Origin: Thermoanaerobaculia bacterium
Lineage (GTDB): Bacteria; Acidobacteriota; Thermoanaerobaculia; Multivoradales; Multivoraceae
Direction: 5' to 3'
DNA length: 64,000 bases
NCBI GenBank assembly: GCA_963664405.1
Contig: OY761158.1
Location: forward strand, 4,896,001 to 4,960,000
Part shown: in pieces, positions 1 to 10,092 of the stretch
Position numbering within the stretch: the stretch's first letter is position 1
Layout: each line of letters begins with the position of its first letter
Position numbers and translations under genes: made by a program
Notes under the pieces: generated by a model
Database searches by the model: none
Seen by the model: only the letters and a program-made list of their open reading frames with translations
Told to the model about the DNA's origin: nothing

Positions 1-268
1 CCATCAATTAGATAAGACGAGAATCCTCTAGAGGAAGTTCTCAGTTTTGCTGCCGGAGCCCCAGAAATCCCTGGATCGGCGGCGGATCGCTCCGGTGTAG
101 GTCGACGATCGCCGTCGTTGCGAGCTGACTGATGTTCAACCAGGGGTCGACCTGCGACCGGATGTCAATTGTACAATCCGACTCTGGCAGGGGGGGGGGC
201 TAGCGATCGAACCCTGCTAGGATCGTGGTGCAGACAGCCACCTTCGCAGCCTCCAGGAGGGCCTGCTC

Positions 269-1345
269 ATGCGCATGATAACGATCCTCATCGTCGCAGC
301 CTTCGTCCTCATCGGTCTGCCGGCATTCGCCGCGGATGGCGCAATCGAGCGCACGTCGTACGGCAAGCCCGATCTCTCCGGCACCTACGACGCCGGGACC
401 GTCACTCCGGTCGATCGTCCCGCGCGGTTCGGGGACAACCTCTACCTCACTCCGGAACAGGCCGAGAAGATGGAGGAGGAACAGGCCTCCCTTTGGGCCA
501 ACGCCGAGGCCGACAAGGGGGGTGGAGCTGATCGTGAGGCGCCGCCGGTGGGGGGCGACGGCGACAACCGCTTCGGCGGTGGCGGCGTCGGTGGCTACAA
601 CATCTTCTGGATCGATCCGGGATCGGAGGCGGTCATGATCGACGGCAAGTTCCGCACCTCGATCATCTACGAGCCCAAGAACGGCCGTCGTCCTGCGATG
701 ACGCCCAAGGCGATGATGAAGATGGCCAACAACTTCTCCTCCTTCATCCACAATAACGACGGCACCGCATCATGGCTCGAGAAGACCGGCCCGGGGCCCT
801 TCGACGGCCCTGAGAGCCTCGCTCTGGCCGAGCGCTGTCTGCTGGGATTCAGCGGCGGTCCGCCGATGCTGCCGAGTCTTTACAACAACTACCTCAGCAT
901 CACCCAGACTGAGAACTACGTCGTGATCCTCGCCGAGATGGTGCACGACGCCCGTATCGTCCGCATTCTCGGCGAGGGCCGCCCCTCCGAGCACGAGCCA
1001 CAAGGCCCACGCGAGTGGCTCGGCGACGCCATCGGCTACTGGGATGGCGACACCCTGGTTGTAGAGTCCAAGAACTTCCGCGGCGAGAGCGGTCTTCCCG
1101 GCGCTGACGAGAACCTCCACGTCACCGAGCGTTTTTCACGGACCCCGGAGGGGGATCTGCTCTACAACTTCCACGTCGAGGATCCGACCTCTTGGAACGC
1201 GCCCTGGAGCGGTGAATACTCCTGGCACGCGTCAGACGCGAGGGTCTACGAATACGCGTGCCACGAAGGCAATTACGCAATGGGCAACATCCTCAGGGGT
1301 GCCCGGCTGCTCGAGTCGGAATACGATCAGGGCGGCAGCGGCTAG
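269..1345 (+). CDS. Secreted uncharacterised protein, 'YACHEGNY' family (copy 1 of 3)
   Basis: RBS AGGAGG and a signal peptide. Motifs GKPDLSG, ERC, WLGDAIGYWDGDTLVVE and YEYACHEGNY are shared with 47606 and 62534. Confidence 0.85.
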   Translation: MRMITILIVAAFVLIGLPAFAADGAIERTSYGKPDLSGTYDAGTVTPVDRPARFGDNLYLTPEQAEKMEEEQASLWANAEADKGGGADREAPPVGGDGDNRFGGGGVGGYNIFWIDPGSEAVMIDGKFRTSIIYEPKNGRRPAMTPKAMMKMANNFSSFIHNNDGTASWLEKTGPGPFDGPESLALAERCLLGFSGGPPMLPSLYNNYLSITQTENYVVILAEMVHDARIVRILGEGRPSEHEPQGPREWLGDAIGYWDGDTLVVESKNFRGESGLPGADENLHVTERFSRTPEGDLLYNFHVEDPTSWNAPWSGEYSWHASDARVYEYACHEGNYAMGNILRGARLLESEYDQGGSG

Positions 1346-1357
1346 TGGACCGGCCTC

Positions 1358-2095
1358 ATGATGGCTCCCCCTGGTCGATCCAGAGTTGCGAGCATCGCCC
1401 GACTCGTGGCGTTCGTCTCCGTCGTCGTGGCCTCGGTGGGCGTGCTCGGCGCCTTCCTTGGCTTGCTGCCGCCGCTCGCCGGCTTTGGTTTGTACTTCTT
1501 GGGCATGAGTCTTCTGCCGCTTGTCGGGGTCTTGCTCGGCCTCGCCGGCCTCTGGCGCACGCGTGGGGGCGTACGCGAGGGTCGCGATCGAGCCTGGATC
1601 GGACTGGGGGTGAGCGGGGCCCTGGTGCTCGTCTTCGTTCTGCTGGGATTGCCCGGCGCCGGGATGCCGCCGATTCACGACATCACGACCAGCCCCGACA
1701 GGCCACCCAGCTATCACGGGCCGGCTGCTGCCGAGCGCGACCTCAGCTATCCCCACGGCGGCGGCAACGTGGCAGAGCAGCAGCGCCTGGGCTATCCCGA
1801 TCTGGCTCCCATCGAGCTATCTGTTGCGGCGAACCAGGGCTACTCGAAGGCTCTCGAGGCCGCCCGGGAGATGGGTCTCGAGATCCTCCTCGAGGACGCG
1901 GCGGGGCTGCGATTGGAGGCCACCGACACCACCCGTCTCTTCCGCTTCGTCGATGACTTCGTTGTCGAAGTCGAGGAGGCCGGGGCCGGCTCGGTTGCCC
2001 ATGTGAGGTCGACCTCGCGGGTCGGGCAGAGCGACCTCGGTGCGAACGCCTTCCGCATTCGGCGTTTCGCCGAGATCCTTGCGCCCGGAGATTGA
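1358..2095 (+). CDS. DUF1499-like membrane protein
   Basis: 3 N-terminal TM segments, then PPIHDITT, YPDLAPI and FRFVDD...VRSTSRVGQSDLGANAFRI. Confidence 0.8.
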   Translation: MMAPPGRSRVASIARLVAFVSVVVASVGVLGAFLGLLPPLAGFGLYFLGMSLLPLVGVLLGLAGLWRTRGGVREGRDRAWIGLGVSGALVLVFVLLGLPGAGMPPIHDITTSPDRPPSYHGPAAAERDLSYPHGGGNVAEQQRLGYPDLAPIELSVAANQGYSKALEAAREMGLEILLEDAAGLRLEATDTTRLFRFVDDFVVEVEEAGAGSVAHVRSTSRVGQSDLGANAFRIRRFAEILAPGD

Positions 2096-2104
2096 CCGTA
2101 GCTC

Positions 2105-3193
2105 TTAAACTTTGAGGCCGCGGAACTTCTGTTCCAACCAGCCGAGTGTGATCCGGTTGAACTCCTCTGGCTTTTCCTGCTGGGTCCAGTGACCGCAGTC
2201 CTCGACCGTGTAGCGCTCGAATTCGGCGACGAAGTTGGCGATGTTGTCGCCGGAGGACGGGGGCAGGATGACGTCATTCTCGGCCCCGATGTAGAGGCAG
2301 GGGACGTCGATATCCCACTTGGTGTCGGCGCCGCCGCCGAGGCCGCCGGGCTTGAACGCGGCTCGATACCAGTTCAGCCCGCCGGTGAAGCCGGTGACCT
2401 CGAAGGTCTCGACGAAGTAGGCGAGCTCTTCCTCGGACAGGATGAGCCGGCCGGTGAAGTTCCCCGCCTCGAGCATGCCGAGGAGATCCACGCGTCTCTC
2501 GAGCGAGGTCTCTGGCAGCTGCGCAAACTCCTCGGCGTCCCAGAAGCCGCCGGTGCGCAACACCAGTTCGAACGATTTCCTTGTGTCTTTCGCGAGGGCG
2601 GCGTCAGCGATCCCCGGCGGTTGAAAGGTCATTACGTAGTAGCGCGGCGATTGGACAATCAGGGGGTTCGGGGTGCTCGGATGATCGGGGTGGGAGGCGG
2701 GCGTGTTGACGCCGATGACTCCCGCCACCCGATCTGGGTGCAATCTGGGCATCATCCACACCACAGCGCCGCCCCAATCGTGACCACAGAAGACGGCGCG
2801 CTGTAGGTCGAGCGCATCGAGCAGCCCCGCCATGTCGTCGCACAATTTAGGGACCGTGTACTCGGAGATCTCCTCGGGTCTGTCGGTGAGGCCGTAACCG
2901 CGCTGATCTGGCGCGATCGCCCGGTAGCCGGCAGCGGAAAACGCCTCGATCTGATGACGCCAAGAATAGGCGAGCTCAGGAAAGCCGTGGCAGAAGACGA
3001 TCGGGAATCCGGCGCCTTTCTCGTAGACCCCCATGCGGATGCCGTTGGTCTCGATGAAGCGTGGCTTCGGCATATTCGGTGCCGGTTTCACGTCGCCCTC
3101 GGCGGCGAGGGCTTGCCGACGGGGACCTCCGACGGCGGCTGCTCCTAGTGCGACTCCCGCGGTGTGTAGGAACTGTCTGCGTGTTGCTCTCAT
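2105..3193 (-). CDS. Tat-exported alpha/beta hydrolase (epoxide hydrolase-like)
   Basis: TRRQFL twin-arginine leader; HGFPE, GHDWGG nucleophile elbow, LNWYRA and GHWTQQEKP. Confidence 0.85.
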   Translation of the reverse strand: MRATRRQFLHTAGVALGAAAVGGPRRQALAAEGDVKPAPNMPKPRFIETNGIRMGVYEKGAGFPIVFCHGFPELAYSWRHQIEAFSAAGYRAIAPDQRGYGLTDRPEEISEYTVPKLCDDMAGLLDALDLQRAVFCGHDWGGAVVWMMPRLHPDRVAGVIGVNTPASHPDHPSTPNPLIVQSPRYYVMTFQPPGIADAALAKDTRKSFELVLRTGGFWDAEEFAQLPETSLERRVDLLGMLEAGNFTGRLILSEEELAYFVETFEVTGFTGGLNWYRAAFKPGGLGGGADTKWDIDVPCLYIGAENDVILPPSSGDNIANFVAEFERYTVEDCGHWTQQEKPEEFNRITLGWLEQKFRGLKV

Positions 3194-3274
3194 CTCTGCC
3201 CCTCCCTCCGCTGCACTGTACCGCGTGGGACTGGGTGGCATGGCTCGATATGATGACTGTCTCAGGAGGTTCCC

Positions 3275-4486
3275 ATGCGTAATGTCGCTATCACCGGGAT
3301 GGGAGTGGTCTCCTCTCTCGGATTGGAGCTGGACGAGTTCACGTCGAAGCTCGATCGGGCGTTCGTGCAGGTCGAGGCCTCACCCGCCATGATCGAAGGG
3401 AGCGGGGTTCTGTGGGCCTCGATGGTGCAGGACTTCTCGCCCACCGATTGGATGTCGGAGCGGGTGGCCGCCGGAACCGATCCCTTTGCTCAGTACGCGA
3501 TTGCCGCGGCGGTGAAGGCGGTGGAGTCGGCCGGCGATCTGGAGATGGATCCGCTGCGCACCGCGGTGCTGGTGGGCACCAGTATGGCGGGGGTGGAGAC
3601 ACTGGTCGATTCGCAGCACGGCCTCGACACGGTGGGGGTCGAAGGGGTGTCGCGCAAGTTGCAGATCCAGGCTTGGCCGAACATGGCGGCGGGGCAGATC
3701 GCTTTGCACTATGCGCTGCACGGGCCGCTCCTGACGGTGTGCACCGCTTGCGCCTCGGCGGTGGATGCGATCGGGATGGCGGCTCGGATGGTCGAGAGCG
3801 GGGCGGTAGAGGTGGCGATCGCCGGAGGCTGTGACCGGGCGCGAAGCAAGGTGCTTGCGGCCTCGGCACAGCTCTACGGGATGGTGCAGTCGGAGTCCGA
3901 TCCGCTCAAGGTGTGCCGCCCCTTCGATCAAGATCGCGGCGGCATCATGTCGGGTGAGGGCGCCGGCATGGTGATTCTGGAGAATGCGGATCGGGCCAAG
4001 GCGCGCGGCGCGTCGATTCACGGCTACCTGCGGGGCTACGCCAACGTTTCGGACGGCTTTCATCCTTCTTCTCCCGATCCTTCGGGACAGTGGGAGCGCC
4101 GGGCGATGGAGCTCGCCCAGGAGGAGGCCTCCATCGCGCCCGAAGCAGTGGACGCGGTCCTGGCGCATGGCACCGGCACCCCGGTCGGCGACACCGCCGA
4201 GATCCGGGCGATCAACGATCTCTTCGGTCGCGCCGATCTGCCGGTGACCTCGATCAAGGGCCATCTGGGCCACACCGCCGGAGCTGCCGGCGTCATGAAC
4301 CTGCTAACGGCGCTCCACAGCCTCGAAGATGGGGTGGTCGTTCCCACCGCCGGCACCAAGAATCTCGACCCCGAGGTCAACTTCGAAGTGGTGCTCGACC
4401 GGGCCAGGCCCGCCTCTCTCGAAACGGTTCAGGTCAACGCCTTCGGCTTCGGAGGCCAGGACTCGTCGCTTGTCGTTTCGCGCTAG
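3275..4486 (+). CDS. Beta-ketoacyl-ACP synthase (FabF-like), stand-alone
   Basis: Catalytic C-H-H set (TACAS, AHGTGT, KGHLGH), plus RPFD and NAFGFGG. Confidence 0.9.
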   Translation: MRNVAITGMGVVSSLGLELDEFTSKLDRAFVQVEASPAMIEGSGVLWASMVQDFSPTDWMSERVAAGTDPFAQYAIAAAVKAVESAGDLEMDPLRTAVLVGTSMAGVETLVDSQHGLDTVGVEGVSRKLQIQAWPNMAAGQIALHYALHGPLLTVCTACASAVDAIGMAARMVESGAVEVAIAGGCDRARSKVLAASAQLYGMVQSESDPLKVCRPFDQDRGGIMSGEGAGMVILENADRAKARGASIHGYLRGYANVSDGFHPSSPDPSGQWERRAMELAQEEASIAPEAVDAVLAHGTGTPVGDTAEIRAINDLFGRADLPVTSIKGHLGHTAGAAGVMNLLTALHSLEDGVVVPTAGTKNLDPEVNFEVVLDRARPASLETVQVNAFGFGGQDSSLVVSR

Positions 4487-5088
4487 TCGATCAGGAGCCT
4501 GCGCAAGCCGGTCTCAACGATCCGTTGCGCCTTCTTGATCGAGCAATGCTGATGCTCCCGCAGCCTATTCCAGGATTGCCAGCTGCACAGTAGGTCCACA
4601 GCCGCCAGCCGCGTCCCGCGCTCACTTTCGTCACACGAATCGAGCAGATCCGAGAAAGCTGCCGAGACGCGACGGCGTCTGGCGGCGCGGTCGCTGCGAA
4701 GCTGTCGGTTCCTGGTTTCGCTTTTGCCGCGCCCACGCTCCCCCAGCCTCCGGATCGGCGAGATGAACTCATAGACGGAGGCGAGATGACTCGTGAACGC
4801 TGTAATGCGTGACTGCGCTTCGAGGGACTGCAAGGCAGGGGCGGGAAAACGCTCCTGGACCTGGGCTTGCACATAGCCGTGTGCAGCGGTACGCACGGAC
4901 TCCATGTCCTCGAAGAGGCGAAAGACGGTGCGGCGCGAAAGGCCGGCGCGCTCCGCCACTTCCGCGGCGGTAGGCCGGGCGCCGGTCTCGCGGACCAGTT
5001 CGACCATGGCTCGCACCAGTGCCTCCCGGTTCTTCCGGGTGCGCTCACGGCGACCGTCGACAGTTTCGGGCGGCGCGTTGATCGTCAT
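4483..5088 (-). CDS. TetR/AcrR family regulator
   Basis: N-terminal HTH DGRRER...TAAEVAERAGLSRRTVFRLFED. Confidence 0.9.
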   Translation of the reverse strand: MTINAPPETVDGRRERTRKNREALVRAMVELVRETGARPTAAEVAERAGLSRRTVFRLFEDMESVRTAAHGYVQAQVQERFPAPALQSLEAQSRITAFTSHLASVYEFISPIRRLGERGRGKSETRNRQLRSDRAARRRRVSAAFSDLLDSCDESERGTRLAAVDLLCSWQSWNRLREHQHCSIKKAQRIVETGLRRLLID

Positions 5089-5104
5089 GGATGGAGAATA
5101 TGTA

Positions 5105-5133
5105 TTGACACTATTAGTGTCAGATATTAGCCT
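5105..5133 (+). promoter_or_regulatory. Sigma70-type promoter with overlapping palindromic (TetR) operator
   Basis: TTGACA-N17-TAGCCT; palindrome TGACACT-att-AGTGTCA at 5106-5122. Both are conserved in a diverged copy at 62773-62801. Confidence 0.75.
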
Positions 5134-5183
5134 CGGACTGCACCCAACGCAACTGAGATCACCGTCTCACGAAGGAGAGGAAG

Positions 5184-6101
5184 ATGAATCACAGGGCATT
5201 ATGGACTATTGCGATGGCCGCTCTGGTACCGACGATGAGCGGCGCCGCGGATGTGTTCGACCGGGTCGAGCATCATCAGACCGACAATGACGGCGTCTCC
5301 CTTCATTACGTCACGCTGGGCGAGGGACCGGTGGTTCTCTTCGTTCACGGCTTTCCTGATTTCTGGTACAGCTGGCGCGAACAGATGGCGGCTCTCTCGG
5401 GCGACTTCAAGACTGTCGCCATGGACACCCGAGCCAACAACAAGAGCGGCAAACCCGACGGTGTCGAGAACTACACGATGCCTCACCTCCTGGCCGATGT
5501 CGAGGCGGTGATCAAGGATCTGGGCGTCGACTCGGTCACACTGGTCGGGCACGATTGGGGCGGTGCGATCTCGTGGCGCTTTGCGATGCACTATCCGCAG
5601 CTCGTCAACAAGTTGGTGATCCTCAACTTGACCCACCCGAGGGGCTACTCGACCGTGCGCCGCAACGCGACGCCGGCGCAGAAAGCGAACACCGAGTACA
5701 TTACTCGTTTTCAGACGCCTGGTTTCGAAGACAACCTCACACCCGAGGTTCTGACCGGCATTTCGGCGGGTAGTGTTTCGGCCGAGGTTCGGGAGCGCTA
5801 TTTAGCTGCGTTCTCGCGATCCTCGGTCAAAGGCATGCTCGACTACTACAGAGCGGCGTTCAGCAGCTTGGATGTGGAGCCGGGCGAGGGTGAAGAGATG
5901 CCGGCTCTCGCCATGCCGGTGTTGCAGTTCCATGGATTGAAAGACACGGCCGTCGACAAGGACGGGCTGCGCGACACCTGGAACTGGATCAACGAGGACT
6001 ACACTCTCGTCACCATCCCCAGCAGTAACCATTGGGTGCAACGAGAAGCCGCGGAGATGGTCAGCACCACGATGCTGTGGTGGTTGAAGAGTCGGCTGTG
6101 A
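5184..6101 (+). CDS. Secreted alpha/beta hydrolase (epoxide hydrolase-like)
   Basis: Signal peptide; HGFPDFWYSW, GHDWGG, DYYRA and HWVQRE. Confidence 0.85.
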   Translation: MNHRALWTIAMAALVPTMSGAADVFDRVEHHQTDNDGVSLHYVTLGEGPVVLFVHGFPDFWYSWREQMAALSGDFKTVAMDTRANNKSGKPDGVENYTMPHLLADVEAVIKDLGVDSVTLVGHDWGGAISWRFAMHYPQLVNKLVILNLTHPRGYSTVRRNATPAQKANTEYITRFQTPGFEDNLTPEVLTGISAGSVSAEVRERYLAAFSRSSVKGMLDYYRAAFSSLDVEPGEGEEMPALAMPVLQFHGLKDTAVDKDGLRDTWNWINEDYTLVTIPSSNHWVQREAAEMVSTTMLWWLKSRL

Positions 6102-6142
6102 CCGTTGTCGGGAGATGGTAGAGGACCGAGGCTTCGCGGCGC

Positions 6143-6187
6143 CATCCCGTGCTCTCTCCCAACGACGAGTGGGCTGACTTCGAGCTC
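6143..6187 (+). pseudogene. 45-nt internal scrap of a DUF3604 gene
   Basis: Translates HPVLSPNDEWADFEL, versus HPVLSANDEWADFEL in the DUF3604 gene at ~60350-60390 (39/45 nt by eye). Confidence 0.7.
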
Positions 6188-6225
6188 GAGGCCCGCTCGC
6201 CGCCCACGGCGAGCCTCGAGATCGG

Positions 6226-6490
6226 CTATCCGTCGATCGAGACTTCGAAGGGGTAGGACGAGAACGAGTCTGCCTGGGGTGATCTCTCCACGGCGATTGG
6301 CAGGGTCTTGGGATCAACGCCGGGTGCATTGACCACCAGCTCCAACTCAGCCGCTGAATCCCAGACCAGGATCTCGAATCCGCCGTCCTTCTTGGTCGCC
6401 TCGGATGTGGTGATGACCTCGAGGCCGTCTCGGACCTCGACGACGGCGCCTTTGACGCCTTTGCCCTTCTTGTTCAAAACCGTTCCCAAC
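6226..6490 (-). pseudogene. Fragment of a carboxypeptidase-regulatory-like (beta-sandwich) domain protein
   Basis: GTVLNKKGKGVKGAVVEV...TKKDGGFEI pattern; no convincing start. The 5' boundary is approximate. Confidence 0.45.
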
Positions 6491-6618
6491 AGAACAGCGC
6501 AAACCCCAAGCATGGCTATATTGAGTTTACTCGGCCTCAACCTGCTCTTCCACCTGGTCCGGGCATGACTCAGCGCGGAGGGCTACAATGCCAGCCAGCC
6601 GATCCCTGAGGAGGTGAC

Positions 6619-8160
6619 GTGAGCCGACCCTGTCTGGCCGCATGCGTGCTCGCGCTTGCGACCCTTGCCTGTTCCAGCCCGAACACCGGTACGCCACCAG
6701 CAGGGCCAGAATCGAGTGCAGAGGAGCGGCCGAACATCCTGTTCGTTTTCTACGATCAGTACCGCTCCGACATCATCGGCGCCTATGGCGGGGGAGCCAA
6801 CATCACGACACCGAACATCGATCGACTGGCCCACCAGGGGGCGCTGTTCACCAACGGGCTGTCAACGACGCCGGTGTGTACGCCCTACCGCGGCATGCTT
6901 TTGACCGGCCGCTACGCCACCCACACCGGAATGATGCTGAACTTCCTGGCCGCCAACACCACGACCACTGGCATCGCCGATGTCTTTCGCAACGCCGGCT
7001 ACCGCACGACGTTCATGGGGAAGTGGCACCTGGCGTCTGGCAGCCACAAGATGGCCTGGGTGGGTCAGGAGGAAGGCAGCTGGGATCATGCGAGGGCGTA
7101 TGTGACCGAGAACCCTGACTACAATTTCGTGCCTCCCGGTCCGGCCCGGCTCGGCTTCGAGGACTGGGCCGCGTACAACTTCCACGTCGACTTCCTTACC
7201 GCGCCGTACTATCGCGACGAGCCCGAGCAGCTGATCATGGACGGCTACGAGTCGGATGCTCTGACCGACATGGCCATCCGCTACATGGACGAAGCGCGAG
7301 GGGCCGAGGAGCCTTTCTTCGTCATGGTGGCGCCGCATCCGCCGCACCCTCCCTTCGACCGGGTGCCGGAGGGCTACCTCGAGCAGATTCCCGACACGCT
7401 GGTCTGGGACGAGAACGTGCCGGAGGACGGCCGCACCGGCGTCAACCTGGACGAAGGGCGCGCCTACTTTGCGATGGCCAAGAACGCCGATGACAACATG
7501 GGTCGCATCCTCGACTACCTGGATGAATCTGGGCTCGCCGACAACACGATTGTCGTGTTCACGTCGGACCACGGCGAGATGCTCGGCAGTCACGGCCGAC
7601 GCAACAAGATGGTGCCCTACGCCGAGGCCGTCCGGGTCCCGGTCATCGTCCGGTGGCCGGGGCGGATAGCCCCTGGCACGCGTACCGATACGCTGCAGAG
7701 CCCGCTCGATCACATGCCGACGCTGATCGCCTTGGCCGGCCTCGAGCCACCGCCGGATCTCGACGGCGTCGACCTGAGCGGCGAGCTCCTTGGCGGCGAC
7801 CCAGCGGAACGCGCCGCGGTCCTGATGAGCAACTACAGCGCGCACTGGGACTACTTCATGACCCACTCCCAGCCGGGCGCCAGGTGGCCGGAGTGGCGCG
7901 GCGTGAAGACCAAGCAGTACACCTACGCGCGCTGGATCGACGGCCAAGTCGAGATCTACGACGACCTGGCGGATCCGGACCAGCTGACCGATCTGAGTGA
8001 GGACCCACACCATGCGGGCGTCGTCGCCGAGCTCGAGGAGACGCTGCAGAGGCTGCTCGCCGAGGCGCACGACGAGTTCTTGCCGGGCAACGCCTATGTC
8101 GAGTGGGTCGATCGCGAGCGCCGCATTGTCCGGACCGGCCTCGGCCCCGTTGCGCGATGA
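6619..8160 (+). CDS. Sulfatase (Cys-type), probable lipoprotein
   Basis: RBS GAGGAGG, lipobox TLAC, PNILFVFYDQ, CTPYR-GMLLTGR, GKWHL and FTSDHG. Confidence 0.92.
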   Translation: MSRPCLAACVLALATLACSSPNTGTPPAGPESSAEERPNILFVFYDQYRSDIIGAYGGGANITTPNIDRLAHQGALFTNGLSTTPVCTPYRGMLLTGRYATHTGMMLNFLAANTTTTGIADVFRNAGYRTTFMGKWHLASGSHKMAWVGQEEGSWDHARAYVTENPDYNFVPPGPARLGFEDWAAYNFHVDFLTAPYYRDEPEQLIMDGYESDALTDMAIRYMDEARGAEEPFFVMVAPHPPHPPFDRVPEGYLEQIPDTLVWDENVPEDGRTGVNLDEGRAYFAMAKNADDNMGRILDYLDESGLADNTIVVFTSDHGEMLGSHGRRNKMVPYAEAVRVPVIVRWPGRIAPGTRTDTLQSPLDHMPTLIALAGLEPPPDLDGVDLSGELLGGDPAERAAVLMSNYSAHWDYFMTHSQPGARWPEWRGVKTKQYTYARWIDGQVEIYDDLADPDQLTDLSEDPHHAGVVAELEETLQRLLAEAHDEFLPGNAYVEWVDRERRIVRTGLGPVAR

Positions 8161-9134
8161 GCCGATCTGGGCCGAGAGGTTCGCTTGCCCAGGGCCTGAT
8201 CGCCCTGGCTCTCCTTCCTCCTCTTCCCGCCCAGGGTGAAGAGCCATACTCGTCTCCCATCGTTTTCCAGCGCTTCGCCAATAGCGAAGCCAACCCGACG
8301 ATTCCCGGCTTCTACGGCGGCGCCGATATCTGGATCATGGAGGACGACGGAAGCCGTCTGCGGCGCATTCGCGCGGACTCGGAGCGGCACCTCGATCATC
8401 CTTCGTTGACCGAGGATCTGGAGTTCGTGATCTACGCCGAGTTCGAGCCTCACGCTCAGGGTCCCGACCATAAGGCTCGCCTCCTGGCCGAGCGCATCGG
8501 CGGGGAAGTCGACGGCAAACCGGACCGCCGCATCTCGCGGAACCTGCCGGGCTGTAGCGTGCATCACGCTGCGATCTCGCCGGTGACCCAGGAGCTCACC
8601 TACGGCCGCTTCTGCGAAGGGCAAGAGCTGACGCTGATCACTGAGATCAATTTCGAGATCCACAACGTCTCGCTGGAGGCCAACGGCCTCGCGGCGGTCA
8701 ACGGCGTCGGTATCGAGAACGGGGTGGTTTTTCAAGCCGAGGGCCCGCGAGAGAAGGGCGCCCGTCGCGCCGCGATCGCGATGGTGGGCTACGGCGGCGA
8801 TCTGCCGACCTATCGGGACCTCACCGATCGGCGCTTTCTCCACCGGCGGCCCGCGGTGTCACCGGACGGCCGCTGGCTGGCGTGGCAGTCGGACGACAGT
8901 GAAGAGGGCACCGACGATGTCTTCCTGGCCAAGATCGATGGATCCGAGCCTCGTCGTCTGACCCGCTCCGAAGCCAACGACGGCCACCCGTGGTTCTCGC
9001 GCGACGGTCGCTGGATCGTCTTCGAGTCCGACCGCAGCGGCAACTGGGAGATCTTCAAAATCGAGATCGAAAGCCGTGCAGTCGTCCAACTCACAGAGGA
9101 TCCGGACATGGTCAGTACCAGGCCACGCTATTGA
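8157..9134 (+). CDS. TolB-like/PD40 beta-propeller protein
   Basis: ATGA overlap with the sulfatase stop; signal peptide; PAVSPDGRWLAW and PWFSRDGRWIVFESDRSGNWEI repeats. Confidence 0.8.
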   Translation: MSRSGPRGSLAQGLIALALLPPLPAQGEEPYSSPIVFQRFANSEANPTIPGFYGGADIWIMEDDGSRLRRIRADSERHLDHPSLTEDLEFVIYAEFEPHAQGPDHKARLLAERIGGEVDGKPDRRISRNLPGCSVHHAAISPVTQELTYGRFCEGQELTLITEINFEIHNVSLEANGLAAVNGVGIENGVVFQAEGPREKGARRAAIAMVGYGGDLPTYRDLTDRRFLHRRPAVSPDGRWLAWQSDDSEEGTDDVFLAKIDGSEPRRLTRSEANDGHPWFSRDGRWIVFESDRSGNWEIFKIEIESRAVVQLTEDPDMVSTRPRY

Positions 9135-9154
9135 AGTTCGGTTACACTTTCGCC

Positions 9155-10078
9155 ATGCCCTCCCTGCACGCCCGAAGGAGAGGATGGCGGCTGCTCGTCG
9201 TCGCGGCTGGCTGTGTGAGTGTCGTTCTCACAACCGGGGCGGCGGGAGCGGGCGCACAGCGCGGCGACGATTCGGGTACCTCCCCGCTGCTCGTGGCAGA
9301 AAACGTGGTCTACAAGGAAGGTGGCGATCCGGTTCGCAACGCGCTCGACGTGTATGCCCCCTCGGGAGCCTCCGGCCTGCCGGTGCTCTTCTACGTGCAC
9401 GGCGGCGCGCTGCGGGCAGGAGACAAGAGAAACCTCCACGACAAGCCGCAGTTCTTTGCCGAGCGGGGCTTCGTCCTGGTGTCGCCGAACTATCGGCTGT
9501 CCCCGGAGGTCGTGCACCCGGCCCACATCGAGGACGTTGCCGCGGCGGTCGCCTGGGTGGTGGAGAATGTCCACGACTATGGCGGTGACCCGGAACGCCT
9601 GGTCTTTATGGGCCACTCCTCCGGTGCCCTGCTCGGCGGTCTGCTCACCACAGACGAGCACCGCCTGGGAGCCCACGACCTCTCTCTCGACACTTTGAAG
9701 GGCGCAGTTCTCCTCGACGGCCATACCTACAATCTGGCGGCAAGCATGGAGAGCTTCCACGGCAAGGAAGTGCCGAAAGAGCCGATCTCGAAATTCACCG
9801 AGCGACCGGAGGTCTGGCGCGACGCGACGGCGATGGAACACATCGCGAAGGGCAAGGGGATACCACCGATGCTCCTGGTGTCCGGCGGCATCCAGTTCCA
9901 GCACTGGCCGGTTGGGGAAGCAGCGGAGGAGTTCGCGGCAGCGTTGAGAGAGGCGGGCGCTGAGGCCGAAGTGTTCATGGCCGAGGGGAAGGACCATGGT
10001 GACGTCAATCGGGACGTGACCTCCGGCGACGAGATGAGCCGCGCGATCCTGGAGTTTCTCGTGAAGCGCGCCCGGTAG
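9155..10078 (+). CDS. Secreted alpha/beta hydrolase (HSL-like carboxylesterase)
   Basis: LDVYAP, HGGA, NYRLSP and GHSSG; C-terminal catalytic His in KDHGD. Confidence 0.85.
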   Translation: MPSLHARRRGWRLLVVAAGCVSVVLTTGAAGAGAQRGDDSGTSPLLVAENVVYKEGGDPVRNALDVYAPSGASGLPVLFYVHGGALRAGDKRNLHDKPQFFAERGFVLVSPNYRLSPEVVHPAHIEDVAAAVAWVVENVHDYGGDPERLVFMGHSSGALLGGLLTTDEHRLGAHDLSLDTLKGAVLLDGHTYNLAASMESFHGKEVPKEPISKFTERPEVWRDATAMEHIAKGKGIPPMLLVSGGIQFQHWPVGEAAEEFAAALREAGAEAEVFMAEGKDHGDVNRDVTSGDEMSRAILEFLVKRAR

Positions 10079-10092
10079 CGCTGATCAGCTTC

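Noticed and set aside
3275-4486. Type II PKS or fatty-acid biosynthetic cluster
   Set aside because: No ACP, chain-length factor, reductase or cyclase is adjacent; the ketosynthase is solitary.
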